DNA of 64,000 nt from contig DF237112.1 in NCBI GenBank assembly GCA_000708835.1, positions 99,342 to 163,341 on the forward strand. The letters are read 5' to 3'. Positions 60,901-64,000 of this stretch are shown here, one piece after another; position 1 is the stretch's first letter, and each line of letters starts with the position of its first letter. The DNA comes from Klebsormidium nitens. Lineage: Eukaryota > Plantae > Klebsormidiophyceae. Made by a program: the position numbers and the translations under genes. The notes beneath the pieces are model-generated. The model had not been told where the DNA came from and did not search any database. It was given only the letters and a program-made list of their open reading frames with translations.

Positions 60901-61358
60901 CACACACTTGCAAGTGCTCTGCATGTCAGACTCAAGCTCAACAGAACATTGTTGGAAGTCCCTCCCCAATCCCACTATAATCAAGAATCCCGCACCCCCG
61001 ATCTCATGTTCCTCCCAGCTCAGCCTAAGCTGCCAGACCACTCTCACCAAGCATATATACCCCATAGATTACCCTCAACTTTCTTCTCCATGCATGATGA
61101 CCTCAGGGTGACGCCTCACCTGTACCCGCACACTCCGACAGTGACGTTATACACCTGGCACCGTCTCATGTTGGCGTCGCTCAGGCACCAGTAAGATGGC
61201 CCGATGGTGCACGGGTCCGGTGTGATCGGCCCCGTGAAGAGCGCGTTGTTTGGGGTGGTCGCAGAGTAAGTGCCATTGTAGACACTGACCGTCTGCGCGC
61301 TGACGGCTGTCAGCGCAGAGAGAGCTAGGACGGCGATAAAGGCCTTGGTAGCTGCCAT
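51944..61358 (-). CDS. Secreted ribonuclease T2 with N-terminal saposin-A-type (SapA) module, 8 exons, about 394 aa
   Basis: Exons 61358-61120, 60295-60103, 59214-59107, 57643-57461, 55957-55867, 54713-54511, 53117-53003 and 51996-51944 sum to 1185 nt in frame. Features: signal peptide MAATKAFIAVLALSALTAVSA, CTIGPSYWCLSDANMRRC, FGYYALALYWAPTSC, CAS-I LVLHGLWTD, CAS-II FLDHEFFKHASC, and C-terminal CDRNCQLSEVWYCY...LITCP. The last exon is the least certain. Confidence 0.88.
53102..53224 (-). repeat. 64-bp tandem duplication of the acceptor and start of RNase T2 exon 7
   Basis: cgtagcagtaccagacctgagaa...ccacgtgacgtcatatttacggaag occurs twice. The copy at 53166-53224 lies in the intron. Confidence 0.9.
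53460..54500 (-). repeat. About 7 decaying echoes of the 3' end and donor of RNase T2 exon 6
   Basis: The core ggaacgcacctcggacagctggcagttcctg..gcactggggatggccgtgttgttcatc is found at about 54355, 54225, 54121, 53978, 53852, 53675 and 53460. The outermost copies are the most diverged. Confidence 0.92.
54770..55325 (-). repeat. About 6 decaying echoes of the acceptor and 5' end of RNase T2 exon 6
   Basis: The core ggcggtcttgttgtcggttaggtaaccgcccacacctgcag is found at about 54800, 54935, 55065, 55175, 55247 and 55290, with fidelity broadly falling with distance. Confidence 0.92.
57279..57304 (+). repeat. Short interstitial telomere-like (CCCTAAA) tract
   Basis: aaacccttaaaccctaaaccctaaaa. Confidence 0.6.
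57323..57391 (-). other. Candidate 69-nt in-frame cassette exon duplicating the end of RNase T2 exon 4
   Basis: cgcgcag|GTC AAC TAC GAG CAG TGC ATA CGT GCG AAC GGC GTC ACG CAC TGC CAG GTG GAA GAG GCG ACT GTG ACA|gtgagt, phase 0/0. Confidence 0.5.
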
Positions 61359-63359
61359 GATCGCTGTGCACCTGTGTGATCGTTGGTAGTTCAAATTGTT
61401 CGCTTCCCTACGAAGAGATTTGGAAAGAAAAATTGCAGATGGGCACTTTTTGGCCTCAAAGGTTCAGGTGAAGTTGGAGGCCACATGATATCTGCGTTGA
61501 GCTTTGAAGGGGAGGATCCCAGAGGAAGACAGTGAACGGTACCTATTGTTGATCATTTCTACGGTAGAGGGTAGGTACCAGCTGGGCAGCGCAATCTGAA
61601 ATCCCTGTTGCCAATGTTGGAGTGGGGTAGCGACGGTAGGTACCTGATTTTTCGTGATCGGATCATGCTCGCCCTTGCAGTGCATGGCAGGCTGGCGGGC
61701 TGAGAATCTGCTGGCCAAGCAGAAACTGTCCGACAGGATTCTCAGGGCAAAGCAAGGGCGAAGCAAGCCACTACCGGTACTCCTACCGGTACTACCGGTA
61801 GGTACAGCAGTATGATACTTATGATCAAGGAGTTCAGGCTTCGAAAGTGCTTCCATCATGCATGCGAAATCAAAGATCCCATAGCCGGTGCACCACTGCG
61901 TCACCAGACTGCCAGCATAAAGAATCTCATAAGGATTGCACGAGCGGAGTGAAGAACGTCTCTTCTCTCATTGGTCGGCGATGAATCTTTGACGCATGCT
62001 GAAGGTTTTATGCAGTTTCGTGTGCGTCAGCACAGCGAAACAGACGGAATATTCCATAATTGACCATTACCAACCTGATAACAGTGAATAGTTCGGAGTT
62101 CTCGAAGGAGTTCAGCTACTGGCGGTGTTATTGGCGCCCCACTAGTTGTGCAACATAGACACGTGTCGGCTTCCAACATAACGCATATGCAACAGCTAGC
62201 CGGCATTAGCTTTTCCATGATCGGCCGAATTAGGTATTAAACTGTGTTTGAATTCTGATCACCGAGCCCGATTTGCAGTCTTGGGGACCCCCCGGTCGCC
62301 CGCTTACAGTATACTTGTACCTCCGACTTTCTGCCACTCAGAAGTCCGGTCACTAGCTAGCAACTTTACTGGGATGGCTCGCCGACTGTCCGAACTACAT
62401 TCACGGTACACTTGTGAAAAAGCGCGGCTTAACTTGGTCGAATTCCAGGTCCCGCAGATATCGCGGCACCGTCCGATGACCATACCACGTGCTTTGCAGC
62501 TCCCGAGTGTTCGGAATTTCTGACAGGTACCGTGCAGGACCGGGCCTACGGCCAGCGTACACTGAGTCTGAAGCTCCAAAATTGCTCAAATCAGACCACA
62601 AGTACTTGCTGTCGGCATTTCACTTCTTCACTTTTAACGCACAGCTTCAACATAGGCCGAGGACTACCCTAGCTGTATTGGAAGTGTTAAGTTTTTAGGT
62701 ACTCAATCCGCACTTCTCCAGCTACGCCCCGGGACCTAATCTAGCAGGGAAATGGGGTTGATCGACCGCCCGGTGAATTTGACTTCAAAATTTCGAGGCT
62801 ACCGTCGAGCCGTACCACCAAAATACACTGAACACTGACAGTGGACAGTAGGCTAGGCTAGGTAGCCTAGGCTCTCCGACCCGGGCTACTGGTATCCCGG
62901 TATCCGGCACCTTCTGCAGGCCCCAGAAGCTGCCCGGACTGTGCTACTCCGGGCCCCTAGCCTAGGTAGCTAATACCTACCTACGGTATTATAGGTGTAG
63001 CCTGCTCATGTAGGCTCTACCTGGTCCGTGGCTTGAAGCTGCCAAGGGTGCGTACCGCACACTGATCCCCGGTCGGCTTCTGGCCAACTTTGGCGCACTC
63101 AAGTTCCCCGGTGGTACCGAATCGGGGTACCGCAGGCTGCAAACAAGTACCGCAGGCTGCAGGTACCGCAGAAGTCAAATTTGTAAACCGGCGGTACCGT
63201 AGATCTGCTGCCCACGTGGTGGTACCAAGTCCCGTTTCTGATTGGCTCTCAGCTTCTGACAGAAATACGTGGCACCGGTAGATGATCAGCTAGGAATCCG
63301 TAGTCCCCCGGGCAAACTGTACCGCGCTTTTTGCCAACCGGGCCGTGAATGTAGCGCGG

Positions 63360-63412
63360 CCGACAGTGTCAGCCGTCAGTGTCGTCGTCAGTGTCGCCGT
63401 CAGTGTCGGCCG
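63360..63412. repeat. 12-bp tandem repeat (cgtcagtgtcgc-like) x4
   Basis: ccgacagtgtcagccgtcagtgtcgtcgtcagtgtcgccgtcagtgtcggccg. Confidence 0.8.
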
Positions 63413-64000
63413 ACCGTCAAGAACCTGAGTACCTGCATGCAGGCTGCAATTACTGTAGCTTGCAAGCTTGGCTCTTCGTTCTGTCACAGTGTATTTCGTC
63501 TAGCTGCAGTACATTAGTAATTGTGCTCTCTGTCTTGACTCAAGCCATTATTATCTAGTGTTCGGATCGACAATCTGATCTGGCAAATGATCGTTAGACA
63601 GCCTTACTGCAGTTGGGGTAGTATGTAATGATCAGGACGAACTCGAGCTCTCATGTTCAATCGTGCGGGCCCGGCCGCCTCTCCACACCGGAGCCGCGTT
63701 AGTAAACCCTTTTTCGGACCTGGCATGAGAAGCAAAGTTTTATTGTTCACAAACTAAGCTTCTCTTTCGATGTAACGGCACGACTGCGCACCGACTTCTG
63801 GCTGCGCGCCAAACTCGCGGCCGCGCATCGTCCGTTATTATACGCTATCGACTTATTTGATATATCGAATCACTACACGACACGTGTCTGGGTTACTGCT
63901 TCACCGCGTGACCGTCCGATAAGACCCACGTGCACCGCGTGCGAGGGAACCGTCCGATGAGCTTTCGAGACTAAGCTTATGGCCGGCCGAGCACCGAAGC

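Noticed and set aside
60700-61194. 164-aa plus-strand Pro/His-rich ORF, possible retroelement fragment
   Set aside because: It is antisense within RNase T2 intron 1, low-complexity with an 18-bp duplication, and has no gag, RT or endonuclease motif.
61464-62218. Minus-strand ORFs upstream of the RNase T2 gene
   Set aside because: Fragmentary, with no recognisable domain or splice-consistent model.

Overview
This is eukaryotic, intron-rich DNA with GT-AG introns, high GC3 and plant-type orthologues. It is most consistent with a streptophyte alga such as Klebsormidium (inference). Manual splicing gives six complete, frame-consistent multi-exon genes: kinesin-8 (+, 334-8465), ASHR1/SMYD SET-MYND methyltransferase (-, 23619-28921), an ARM-like/zf-MYND protein (+, 30072-32335), a PPR protein (-, 33432-39448), a CorA/ZntB-like transporter (+, 40504-45116), and a secreted RNase T2 with an N-terminal saposin-A-type module (-, 51944-61358) that the ORF track shows only as scattered fragments. 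Accessory content: a Crinkler-like header/PD-(D/E)xK nuclease/kinase locus (-, about 13.8-19.05 kb), four intronless paralogues of a plant-type BTB/POZ family (all disrupted), an intronless KCTD-type BTB gene, an 82-aa two-TM protein, and two TTAA-flanked MITEs sharing a 10-bp TIR. The most unusual signal is what I call splice-junction echoes. In four unrelated genes, introns carry decaying tandem copies of the adjacent exon edge plus its splice site: donor edges are repeated downstream and acceptor edges upstream. One RNase T2 exon has about 13 such copies, and their divergence from the live exon is skewed to synonymous/third codon positions. No rRNA, tRNA or CRISPR array is supported.
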